A stretch of DNA of 64,000 bases from Octopus sinensis (taxonomy: Eukaryota), in the NCBI RefSeq assembly GCF_006345805.1, contig NC_043011.1, positions 10,540,001 through 10,604,000 on the forward strand. Direction: 5' to 3'. Shown in pieces: positions 39,981 to 51,725 of this stretch (position 1 is its first letter; every line of letters starts with the position of its first letter). The notes below the pieces were generated by a model. That model had not been told where the DNA came from, ran no database searches, and was given only the letters and a program-made list of their open reading frames with translations. The position numbers were made by a program, and so were the translations under genes.

Positions 39981-40149
39981 AGTTGTGTTATAAACTAGCA
40001 CCGTTGTCTCCAATGGCAGTTCTATAAATTCATTTGTTCATGTCTGTGAAGTGCGGAATTTAACCCACCTCCACGGGAAAAGTAAGTATTATTATACTAG
40101 CAACCTATCCAAGAGACAATTTGTCCGTAATCTATTTTAAAGTAAATCC
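39530..40149 (+). repeat. About 620-bp direct repeat, copy 1
   Basis: Near-identical to 42104-42733. Confidence 0.95.
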
Positions 40150-41625
40150 TAAAATGCAAAAGGGTTCTTGCAAGACCACTACAAAAGCTCTTCTAGAGGC
40201 ATATGTTCTATCCATAAGAGAGGTAGCAGAGCAGATGCTAAAAATTACGGACCCATCTTTCAAACCTCCCATCTCAGCAAAGTAATGTAACGCATTATCA
40301 AGAGAAAACTGATCGCGTTCCTTGAAGATAATGACTTGTTCCCTGGCACCCAGCATGGTTTCCACTCAGAAAGAAACTGCTTCACACGGCCTTTGTAGCT
40401 TAATGACTGTGTGTTGAAGCAACTAATGAATCGCTTAAACATGAATGTGATAATCTTAACTTTGTAAAGGTCTTTGATAAGGTCGATCACGTGATGATGT
40501 CACAAGCTACGGAGGCTTGGCATAGTCGGAAAACTGGAAGAGTGGTTATATGACTTCTTAAAAGACAGAAACCAAGTTGTGGCAGCCAATGGAGCCCTCT
40601 CCAAAGAGACAATTATAGAATGGAGTACCTCGGGGAACTGTATTGGGGTCACCACTGTTCATGGTAGCTCTTTCAGACATACCATCAGTTACAAAGAGAC
40701 CCACACTTACTAGCTATGTCGGCGACACAAAAGCAGTACAAGCAATTAAAGAACCTTCTGATGCTAATCTTCTACAGAAAGATCTAGATGCCATATATAC
40801 ATGGACCGAAGAAGACAATATGCAATTAATTTAATGCAGGTAATCCCAGGCCCTCTGCTAGCCAGCTAAATGGTGCCCACAAGCTGCAACAATGATACTT
40901 TGAACCAAATGGAGCAGCAATCCTAGAATGACATACAGTGCGTGATTCGGGGATTGATATGAGCAAGGGTGCCTCATTTCACGTACATATCACCAAGCTA
41001 GCGGCAATGTGCAGACGAATGACCAGATGGATTCTGAGATCAAGGGACCAAGAAACTGTTAGCTCTATGGAGGACATTTGTACTCAGCTGTCTGGACAAC
41101 TGCTCTCAGTTGTGGTCACTCTACAGTGTCAAAGTATTAGCGGGACTTGGGGCAGTTCAGCGGTACTACACCAGGAAAATTGCATTGATAGAACAGCTAA
41201 GCTACTGGAAGAGATTGAAAGAGCCACGACTTTACTCCTTGGAGCTAAGACAGCAGAGGTACGCAGTGATATACGTATGGAAGATCCTGGAGGGGCTGGC
41301 ACCAAAATTGGTATCGAGAGTTATATCGGCCCCGAACTGGACGTCACTGCACTGTTTTCAAAGATCCCAGCTATCTTGTCCAGAGTGAAGACCATGTATG
41401 GCAATAGCTTGGGATTTAAGAGCCCACAGTTATTTAACGCCCTGTCAAAACGTCTGAGAGATCTTCATGAAGTAAGGGGTAGATGTTTGCAAGAAACAGC
41501 TTCATCTCTTGCTATCCAAGGTCCTAGATGAACCAGTATCAAAGCAGGATACTCAAAAGAGGGCAGCAGTGTCGAACTCCCTCCTTCACTAAAACCAATC
41601 ACATGAGACTGGGCATTAAAAATTT
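40150..41625 (+). mobile_element. CR1-group LINE relic (reverse transcriptase and 3' end)
   Basis: TSHLSKVM.RII; QHGF; KVFDKVDH; GVP.GTVLG.PLF; YVGDTK (decayed YADD); YWKRLKE.RLYSLELR.QRY. Confidence 0.88.
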
Positions 41626-41776
41626 GATTACAGTAGCGGTGTTCAAGCATGGCCACAGCCTTAGGGCTGAAACGTATAAATGAATAAAAGAATATGTATA
41701 CATACACACACACACACACATGCACACACGTGTGTATGTATAAATAAATGTGTGTGTGTATATATATACTGCATAC

Positions 41777-41859
<83 letters not shown>

Positions 41860-42103
41860 GTGTATGTGTATGAGAAAACATGTACTACAACCAACCGTGT
41901 GGTGTCTCATCACCCAATTTTATCTCTGCCGTATGCCCCAGTTTCTAATTCTTTGTAATTTTTGTCTTTCTTCTCCCATAACGCACACCTTGACTCCATA
42001 TCTATCAATGTCAAATTTTCCGCTAAGTTTGAGAAAGCCGACATCGTACACCCGCGAAATCTGTTCAAGCATAAAAGTAAACTTTTTTTTTTCTTCAGTA
42101 TGA

Positions 42104-42733
42104 GGAAAAGAAAATAATAACTCGAGTGTTTGTCTCAAACAATTACGTGTTCGTAGTTGCTTGCACCATTCCTTTGTTTCTTTCGATGCCCATGCAGTCA
42201 CGAGTAGATACAAACAACCTCTTGTTGAACCTCAAATACGCGATGACTGGCGGCAGAGATCGCCGCTGTGCCTCGACTTGGAATGACAAAAAGCAAAATC
42301 GACCGCGACAGGAATTGAACCTTGACCATAAAAATCTGGACGTAAAGAAAAAAAAAATAGAACTACCATTACCAGGAATGTGACACGAACGAATCCAAAG
42401 GCCCAGTCGCCGTTAAGATTATTATAATTATTTCAGTGGCAGTGTGCACACGAACCCACACACACACATATAAACAATTATAAACACACACGTGCGCGCG
42501 CGCACACGCACGCACACACACACATACACACACACACACACACACGCACACACACACACGCAGAAGTTGTGTTATAAACTAGCACCGTTGTTTCCAATGG
42601 CAGTTCTATAAATTCACTTGTTCATGTCTGTGAAGTGCGGAATTTAACCCACCTCCACGGGAAAAGTAAGTATTATTATACTAGCAACCTATCCAAGAGA
42701 CAATTTGTCCGTAATCTATTTTAAAGTAAATCC
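42104..42733 (+). repeat. About 630-bp direct repeat, copy 2
   Basis: Near-identical to 39530-40149. Confidence 0.95.
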
Positions 42734-43037
42734 GGAATTAAGTAACGAACCAGAAGATCAAGAAGAAATTCGCAGTAAATAAGACTAATAGAATAAAAGA
42801 GAGCACGCTCTACCAATATCGAAAGTCCTTGGCACTCCATTGTCATCACTGCTAGTATCTACCAATATTTACCCCCATTAATATCACCAACAGATTGCAA
42901 CGAATCAAATGATTGTGGATTGTGATACACAAGAGATGTCAGCCATGTGTAGATGCAATTATTTTTGGGTCTACATGAGAGAATTGTTATCTGCCAACTA
43001 ATGGGGAGATATATCATCTTATATAAACAAAGATATA

Positions 43038-43083
<46 letters not shown>

Positions 43084-43634
43084 ATACACACACACTCACA
43101 CACACACACACACACTTCCTGTATCTGTCAGACACCCGATCTCGTCATTGTCTGAAGCCCAAACAATCAACTTGCAGCTGATTGCAGACACACATCAACC
43201 CCGACCAACAACAACAATGTAACAAACTACCTCCACGCCGTGCCAGATGGAAGGACTGAACTCCTACAGAAATAACAAACCAAAACAATTACTACAGAAA
43301 TTTGGGGGAGGGGGAGATAAAAAGTTCTTTATATTTCAGGGAATGGGTGAGGTACACCACTTCCCTTGCAATGGGGGTAAGCTGTAAACGTGATATAAAA
43401 TGTAAAATTTGTTGGATTTTGCACAAACATATTTCGGATTAAATACGAATGGATCTAATGCAACGTCTCAAGCCCACACGACGACAAACATTACACGCTG
43501 CACTTCTCCACAACCTACCTACCTATCTGTCTGCCTGCCATTTTCTCTTTCTCTTTCTCGTCTCTTTCACTCTCTCTTTTTCTCTCGTTCTGTCTTCCCA
43601 TACATATACACACACACGCATATGCACACACATA

Positions 43635-43672
<38 letters not shown>

Positions 43673-43678
43673 TATATA

Positions 43679-43709
<31 letters not shown>

Positions 43710-43838
43710 ATATATTTATAAAGAAGAAGTTTGAAACGCCACAATATAAGATAAATTTTAATTTTCTCAGAGATTTTACATGTTTCGGTTCTTCTTGAAA
43801 AAACGAACCTTATCAAAAATAGTTTTAAAAGTTAAGTG

Positions 43839-45034
43839 GGATCTTTTCAATTCTGAAGCCAGGACCACAGATCTTTCTACTTAACTAAATAATCTGAAAC
43901 TTCGTATGCTGATAGAGTCTAGCAAAACAAGACACAGGTTGGAACTAGTTTATTTGAGAAAAATCTATTTTATGACTTTAATCGTAGATTAAAACTGCGA
44001 ATTTTAACCAATCAGATTGTTTGTTTTCATGTGTAAAACTTGACTGCATTCTATTAGTGTGACGTAGAAAGCGCTTTTGTGGACGTACTAACGTTCGGAA
44101 AACTGTAAACAAACACAGAACGTAACGGCAGACGAAATACGGCTACGCATTTCGCCCGGCGGGCTAACGTTTCTGCCAGCTCTTTGCTTTTTTAATATTA
44201 AATTTCGGCGAAGTTTCGCTTGTCGTAGCACAAGTTTTCCGTCGATTTCCGTAAAAAACTTTTATTTTTTTACATAAGTAATGAGAGCGAAAGAGACTAA
44301 GAGGAAGCGATTTTATGACGAGGGAAGTTTGTCTTTGAAGTTACCGTCTAGGGGAAGCATTGATGTACATGTGTGTGTGTGTGTGTGTTTGATGGGGTGG
44401 GGAGACAGTATGTTGTGTAAGTGAAGTGCTTCTGTTAGTGTGTGTGAAGAGACAGAGAGAGTAATGTGTGAAAGAGAGAGATAACTGAAATTTTTTACTC
44501 GGTGTATGTGTATATGTATGTCTGCATGTATGTGTGTGTGTGTATGTATCTATGTATGTATGGCCGATTCATCGTAATTACGATGAATCGGCCATACATA
44601 CATACACACACACACACATACATACACACACACACATACTTACACATACATACACACACACATACATGCAGACATACATATACACATACACCGAGTAAAA
44701 AATTTCAGTTATCTCTCTCTTTCACACATTACTCTCTCTGTCTCTTCACACACGTTAAATAATTAGAAGGATGCGCTTGTTTACATTTAAGATGTTTAAT
44801 ACGTCACGAAATTGGTGGTCGAGACGGAGTAAATAAAATAAAGCCGAATGACGGAATATCATTGGTTAAAATTCTAATTATTAAACAACGTTAAACTTAG
44901 AAGTTACAATTCCGTTTTCATTCTGGTTTACAACAAAGTTTACTTTTGACACATTCTACCAGTATACGAAGTTTCAAATTGTTTGGTTCAGTAGGAAAAA
45001 TTTGAAAAAACTGGCTTCAGAATAGAAAAGATCC
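43839..45034. mobile_element. Non-autonomous DNA transposon with GGATCTTTTC TIRs and 8-bp TSD
   Basis: ggatcttttcaattctgaagccag / ctggcttcagaatagaaaagatcc; perfect TSD GTTAAGTG at 43831-43838 and 45035-45042; SINE fragment inside at about 44115-44185. Confidence 0.88.
44438..44752. repeat. Spacer-less palindrome centred on CGTAATTACG (44573-44582)
   Basis: Arms match except for extra (CA)/(TACA) microsatellite in the right arm. Confidence 0.92.
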
Positions 45035-45176
45035 GTTAAGTGTAATAAAAAAGTTCATAATTGTTTCTTACTAGTCTCAACAGAGTTCACGTGGTGGTGT
45101 TTTGAGTGGGGGACCATAATGGCTGTCTTGTACGTTGACTAGAATCGTTGGCTGTATTAGTGACCGTTGGCCGATA

Positions 45177-45400
45177 TAGCAGTAGTAGCAGAGACCGTTG
45201 GTCGTAGTAGTAGTAGTAGTAGTGACCGTGGTGGTGGTAGTGGTGGCTGGAGTTGTAGCAGCAGTTCAGTGGCTGTAGCAGCAGCAGCAGCAGCAGCAGC
45301 AGTGGAAGTGGCTGTTGGTTGTAATAGCAACTCCAACCACCACTACCACCACGGTCACTACTACTACTACTACGACCAACAGTTTCTTCCACTGCTGCTA
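45177..45400. repeat. Inverted repeat of about 75 bp made of mixed trinucleotide repeats around a (CAG)n-containing spacer
   Basis: gttggtc(gta)n gtgaccgtggtgg...ggagttg / caactcc...ccaccacggtcac(tac)n gaccaac. Confidence 0.85.
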
Positions 45401-45734
45401 TTACACACAAACTGGCACCTTCTCACGAAGGAAAGCCTTTGTTGCTTATGACCCATGACATGGTACAGAATCTTGGATAAGCACCACATTGTCAAGCTGA
45501 AAGTTCTGCTCCATCGAAGGTAACAGTTCTTCAGGATGTCCAGATACTCCAGGCGCAGGAGTGGGTGTGTAGGTGCAGGGGTAGCTGTGTACGTGCAGGA
45601 GTGTTCATATTGTGGATAATGTAATTCAATGATGATTGAGTTGCTTGAGGGTGATTCTGTCTCTTAAACCTATCTATTTATATATATATATATACATATA
45701 TATACTCACGGCATCCCTTTTACCAGAAATGTAA

Positions 45735-46045
45735 AGATATTGGTACCAAATTTTTGGGCGCGAGGTAAGCAATTTCGGAAGGCTGAAAGGCGAAGTCATC
45801 CCAGCCGGAATTTGATTTCAGAATATAAGCACAGACAAATACTGCTAAGCTTTTCGCCCGGCGTGCTAACGATTCTGCCAGCTTGTCACCTTAAGATATG
45901 CAGAAATATTCTTTTTTATTCTAGGCACAAGGCCCGAAATTTTGGCGGAGGGGCCAGTTGATTAGATCAACCCAGTACGCAACTGGTACTTAGTTTATCG
46001 ACCCCGAAAGGATGAAATACAAACTCGACCTCGGCGGAATTTGAA
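45735..46045 (-). mobile_element. Two adjacent SINE fragments
   Basis: Both match the SINE at 61920-62045 (ttcgcccggcgtgctaacgattctgccagc; tttatcgaccccgaaaggatgaaa...ctcggcggaatttgaa). Confidence 0.75.
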
Positions 46046-47416
46046 GAAATGTAGAAATATTAAAGAGTTGGTAACTTCTTCTCATGGCAGTTATTAAAGG
46101 AACAATTTAAAAGTGGCTCGATGTGTATCAATCAGATTTTATTAAGGACAACGTTAACTCAAATTGCTGATTATTTGCTGTTGTTTTGTAGACTAATTTA
46201 TCATATATGACTTAATAATTTGTAGATTAACAGTTGCATTTATATTGACTCCTTATAAAGTTTTCTTGAATCCATCTAATAATTTCTAGGACAACATAAC
46301 CTTTTAAATTTCCGACAAAGATGATTTGAATGTAGGGATCCCAAATTCCTGCTGCTACTACTACTACTACTACTGCTACTTCTTCTTCTAATGCCATCTT
46401 GCTGCTGTTTACGTCACGAGTTTTCAAAAGAAATCGATTTTTACTGCCGTTCAAATTTAATATTTGTTTTATGATTAAGCAAAATGTTTGCTGCTCAATT
46501 ATTATTCTTCAACTCCCTGAGGTTAGCTCTGGCTTCCATCTTTCTAGTCTCGACAAAATAAAGTACCAGTCCCTAAAAGGATCGAGTTAATGACTTCCAC
46601 TTTCTCAGAAATGTTTGTGTCCTGGTGAGAGGTGACTGCCACGGCTAGATTGATTATATTTACTAACATCTCTTCATGAACTTCAGTTCCAGTTGAGATG
46701 GTTTCGTCACCTCTCCAATGTCTATAAACGAATTACTTGTTGATTATTTAACCATACTTATTAATATCTGGGTTGATCCAATTAACGATAATTCTTCCAT
46801 GCCATGTTGAGTATCATTATAAGTTCTAAAAAAAAACCCATTTGCTTCCAAATCTGCCAATTTGGAGGACATGTAAGTGCCATCAGTCAGATGTACTTAA
46901 GAAGGGTGGTCTGTCTCAACACGTGAGTCCATAGATAGTTAAACTGGGGAAATATGGCGAAAGACTGCTACCCACTGCGGGATGGATTTTATTCGAGTGG
47001 ATTTCGGAGTTCCTCGAGCTGCTTTTCGTTTGACAGGAAGGCTAAGAAGCTATTCTCAGACTGGTACCTATGGCTAAAGGGCAAAACAGGTGGATGAGGC
47101 TAAAAGGTGTTGAGAACATTTAAAGTGGTATTGAGAATGCAGAGAGAGGGAAGAACTACACTTTAGTAAATAAAAGTTGCACAACTTTAAGTTGAATGAA
47201 AGAACCGATTCTGGGAGTGGAAATTCGAGAGATAAGCACAGACAGAGAATGATTGAGTTTTGTGCTAGCATTTTGTCGCATGTTAGCCATTGGATGTCTA
47301 TTTAGAGAGGGTTGTACCCAACTGTGAGCCGAATATTCTAACCACTAAATCGCCATGCATACATACATACATACATACATACATACATACATACATACAT
47401 ACATACATACATACAT

Positions 47417-47969
47417 GGTGGCTGCCCCCTCGTTATCGAGTATGGCCATTGCACGAAGCTTAATCAATGTTGTTATCGTGCAATGCCTGTGCAAGAAGAT
47501 TTTTTTTAAAGTGAGGAAAGGCTGTGCACTGAGTCAATCCCACTCACTAAGCAACAGCAGCCATAATCCGAAAAGAAGAACAAGTCAACATCATCGGTAA
47601 CCACTGAGCTGCAGGTTTTATGTCGGAGTTATCCCAGTTACCTGAGTTACCTTCTCCTAGAGGGATGCCCTACCAAAGGCTAGGAGTCCTTCACGCCCAG
47701 TGGTTTAACCGCGCGATCGGGTATTCAGTCCGATTATTTCTATGTCCCCGCGCATGATACATCCTTAAGACATTTATTGGATGGCCGTTGACTCTCAAGA
47801 GTTCCTCCGCCCTTTGACGGGTTTTGTTTTTCATCCCGCAGAGTGTCCAATAAACACCTTCCTCACCAAGCAAGCTTGGTGGGGTTGCCGGTTTAGTCGC
47901 CGACGACCCGACCATGCAACAGGTTGTACTGGGTTACATGTTACCAGTAGCACTCGAAAGTGACCTGAC
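47417..47969 (-). mobile_element. Non-autonomous RTE-derived retroposon, tandem copy A
   Basis: Flanked by (CATA)n; near-identical to 48436-48979; minus strand has the ggtagggcatccctctaggagaaggtaactc RTE-5'UTR-like motif. Confidence 0.8.
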
Positions 47970-48435
47970 ATACATACATACATACATACATACATACATA
48001 CATAATTACATACATACATACATGCATGCATGCATGCATACATACATACATACATACATACATACATACACATACATACATACATAATTACATACATACA
48101 TACATACATATACATACATACATATACATACATACATACATACATACATACATACATACATACATACATACATACATACATGCATGCATGCATCCATGCA
48201 TGCATACATACATACACACATACATACATACATACATACATACACATACACATACATACATACATACATACATACATACATACATCATACATACATACAT
48301 ACATACATACATGCATGCATGCATCCATGCATGCATACATACACACATACATACATACATACATACATACATCATACATACATACATACATACATACATA
48401 CATACATACATACATACATACATACATACATACAT

Positions 48436-48979
48436 GGTGGCTGCCCCCTCGTTATCGAGTATGGCCATTGCACGAAGCTTAATCAATGTTGTTATCGTGC
48501 AATGCCTGTGCAAGAAGATTTTTTTTAAAGTGAGGAAAGGCTGTGCACTGAGTCAATCCCACTCACTAAGCCATAATCCGAAAAGAAGAACAAGTCAACA
48601 TCATCGGTAACCACTGAGCTGCAGGTTTTATGTCGGAGTTATCCCAGTTACCTGAGTTACCTTCTCCTAGAGGGATGCCCTACCAAAGGCTAGGAGTCCT
48701 TCACGCCCAGTGGTTTAACCGCGCGATCGGGTATTCAGTCCGATTATTTCTATGTCCCCGCGCATGATACATCCTTAAGACATTTATTGGATGGCCGTTG
48801 ACTCTCAAGAGTTCCTCCGCCCTTTGACGGGTTTTGTTTTTCATCCCGCAGAGTGTCCAATAAACACCCTCCTCACCAAGCAAGCTTGGTGGGGTTGCCG
48901 GTTTAGTCGCCGACGACCCGACCATGCAACAGGTTGTACTGGGTTACATGTTACCAGTAGCACTCGAAAGTGACCTGAC
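48436..48979 (-). mobile_element. Non-autonomous RTE-derived retroposon, tandem copy B
   Basis: As copy A, with a 9-bp deletion and at least one substitution. Confidence 0.8.
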
Positions 48980-49669
48980 ATACATACATACATACATACA
49001 TACATACATACATACATACATACATACATACATGCATGCATGCATGCATGCATGCATACATACATACACACATACATACATACATACATACATACATACA
49101 TACATACATGCATGCATGCATCCATGCATGCATACATACATACACACATACATACATACATACATACATACACATACATACATACATACATACATACATA
49201 CATACATACATACAAACGAAGGTACTGTGAATAAAGATAGAGTGACCCAAGAATATTACATCAGACTAAGAAACATAATGCTTAGGATGTTGCATTCATA
49301 ATCGTAGGCTCGTGGTTTCCATCCCTGGAGCATCTCGTGTGTCGTTTTCTTGACCAAAATACTTCGTTTCATGTTGCTTTAATCCATTCAGTAGCAAGAC
49401 TCCGCGAAACCGCGATTACGATCCAATGGCTCATGAAGGACCTTTCGTGGACTCTCCCTCCGACTTCGAATTATGAGTGCGCAGTCATTCCATAAGCTAC
49501 CTCCCCCCCCCACACACACACACACACTCCTACTACATTAATTCACATGTATCAACGGGATTTCACGTCATCTTCATTGAAATATTTCAGAAATGCAAAT
49601 TTGAGTTTTTCTTTTCATATTAAAAATCATTCCATGGTTTATAGAGCGAATCTATGTGGTTAAAGGCAT

Positions 49670-49711
49670 GTAGACAGACAGGCAGGCAGGCAGGCAGACA
49701 GACAGATAGGC

Positions 49712-49747
<36 letters not shown>

Positions 49748-49835
49748 GGACAGACAGACATACAGACAGACATACAGACAGACAAACAAACAGACAGGTA
49801 GGCAGACAGACATAGATAGATAGATAGATAGATAG

Positions 49836-49885
<50 letters not shown>

Positions 49886-49911
49886 GCAGGCAGGCAGGCA
49901 GGCAGGCAGGC

Positions 49912-49986
<75 letters not shown>

Positions 49987-50015
49987 CAGACAGATAGATA
50001 GATAGACAGATAGAC

Positions 50016-50093
<78 letters not shown>

Positions 50094-50095
50094 GT
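49670..50095. repeat. (GACA)n/(GGCA)n/(GATA)n compound microsatellite
   Basis: Direct reading. Confidence 0.95.
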
Positions 50096-50564
50096 AAATG
50101 TAGAGATTTGAGTCAATTAAAACCTATCATTTACATATCTCGGCGATGTGCTAAAGCAATGCGCTGCCTTTGAATTTCTAATTAACATTCTTACTAAACC
50201 TGCTTTCCGCTAATATGCATCATTAAAATCTATAATTTTATGTGCAGTTACCAGAATTCCACACAACCAGATTATTTGGAGGGATGCAGCTCTCAAGTAG
50301 AAGTGAAGAACCTTTTAAATAGTGTCGCTAACAATTTGTTTGCTAGTTAATTATTGTAACCAGTTTCTGGATTTCATGGAAGTTTTGAAGAAGGAACAGT
50401 GTTAGAAAGAATATATGAACACCATCATTATTACGATAAAATGCACACGCGTTGTGCTTAGAGCAGAAAGGACTATTACAGTGATATGTAATACTGTGCA
50501 ACTCATCGAATTTGTAATATTTAATTGAGCTGTATTACAAATTCGATGTAATTCGATGAACTGT

Positions 50565-50834
50565 GTGAAAGCGTGTGGCCTGGTGATTAGGCTGTTTCAC
50601 TCACAATCGCTAGATCGTGGGTTCGATTCCCTGACTGGGCAGTGCATTGTGTTCTTGGGCAAAGCACTTCATTTCACGTTGCTCCAGTCTCCCTTTCGAT
50701 CAGGAGGGGGGAATGTTGGCCTGCTCGCCTAGCCAGCGGGGTGGTGTCATTTGAAGGCTAAAACAATGCAAAAACGCATTGTGGCCAGCGATGTGTAACA
50801 ACATCTGATAATCTGGTCGGTCATGTGATCACGT
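50565..50834 (+). mobile_element. tRNA-derived SINE
   Basis: A box tggcctggtgattagg, B box gggttcgattcc, followed by ttgtgttcttgggcaaagcactt. A decayed head of the same type lies at about 49280-49395. Confidence 0.75.
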
Positions 50835-51249
50835 AAACTGAGCTGTAGTTATTAAATCGAATCAAACTAGATTAGGGAAACAAATACGTCACACACACAT
50901 TCGTACACACGCGCGCACGTGATGGACTCTCCCGTCGGTTCCAACCAATGAGAATCCAACAACTTACACTTTCTTTCTCAGTCATAATGGTTATGTCAAA
51001 TGTGACATTTGAGTCTTGCCAACGATTTGCAAAGATCCCCATAGATGTTGCAATTATGAGGATTACGGGTCACTGCTGGCGGTATATTTACAGCTGCTTT
51101 TCTCATTTGCCTCGCAACCCTAAGCCTGTTAATGTTGGCTGAAGCAACGTTACTTATACCATTTCGAGACGAAGATTTCCATTTTGTTCGCTCCAAGGAG
51201 TTGTGAGTTCTATTAACCCTAACCATAAACACACATACATACAAATGTG

Positions 51250-51725
51250 GTGATTGGTGATTGCTTCATCTTCGCAGAGGATTAGCCCTCGCTGTCAATG
51301 GCATTTCTGACCTTTCGTCTATGACACAGAAGTGTCGCTACAGATCTACATGGTTTAATGAAAGGTGACAGATAAAATTTGTGACTTCCACTGGATTGAT
51401 TGGGTCACTTTGTAAGACATAATTTCCGTGAACTGCCATGTGCCCCTTCGGTTCCGAAATCCACTTGCAAGCCCTTTCACACACGACACACGTTGAATCA
51501 CCCGGTCTAGTGGGAAGGATGTTGCATACACTTGATCTTTACTGAGACGTCAGATGGTTGTCATGCTCAACCTTGGAAAGGAGTACACGGCCACACCTTT
51601 CATACATATCCAACACTTAATGTTCTCATTGAGGTTCTGATGTGAGTCTCTTCCAAAGCCAACGCCTTAGGCTTTCATGCTCAAGTCGAACCTCTTCAAA
51701 TGTTTTGCAACTTTCCCTTATACGA
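51250..51725 (-). mobile_element. RTE-clade LINE 3' end relic
   Basis: Minus frames give PYKGKLQ...ALALEE and a C2H2-like C.V.RAC....PKGHMAVH, followed by a short 3' tail. Confidence 0.45.

Noticed and set aside
39530-42733. New LTR element formed by the 620-bp direct repeats
   Set aside because: No TG...CA ends, PBS, PPT or TSD, and the interior is an unrelated CR1 relic.
50565-50640. tRNA gene
   Set aside because: A and B boxes are present but there is no full cloverleaf, and it continues into a SINE body.
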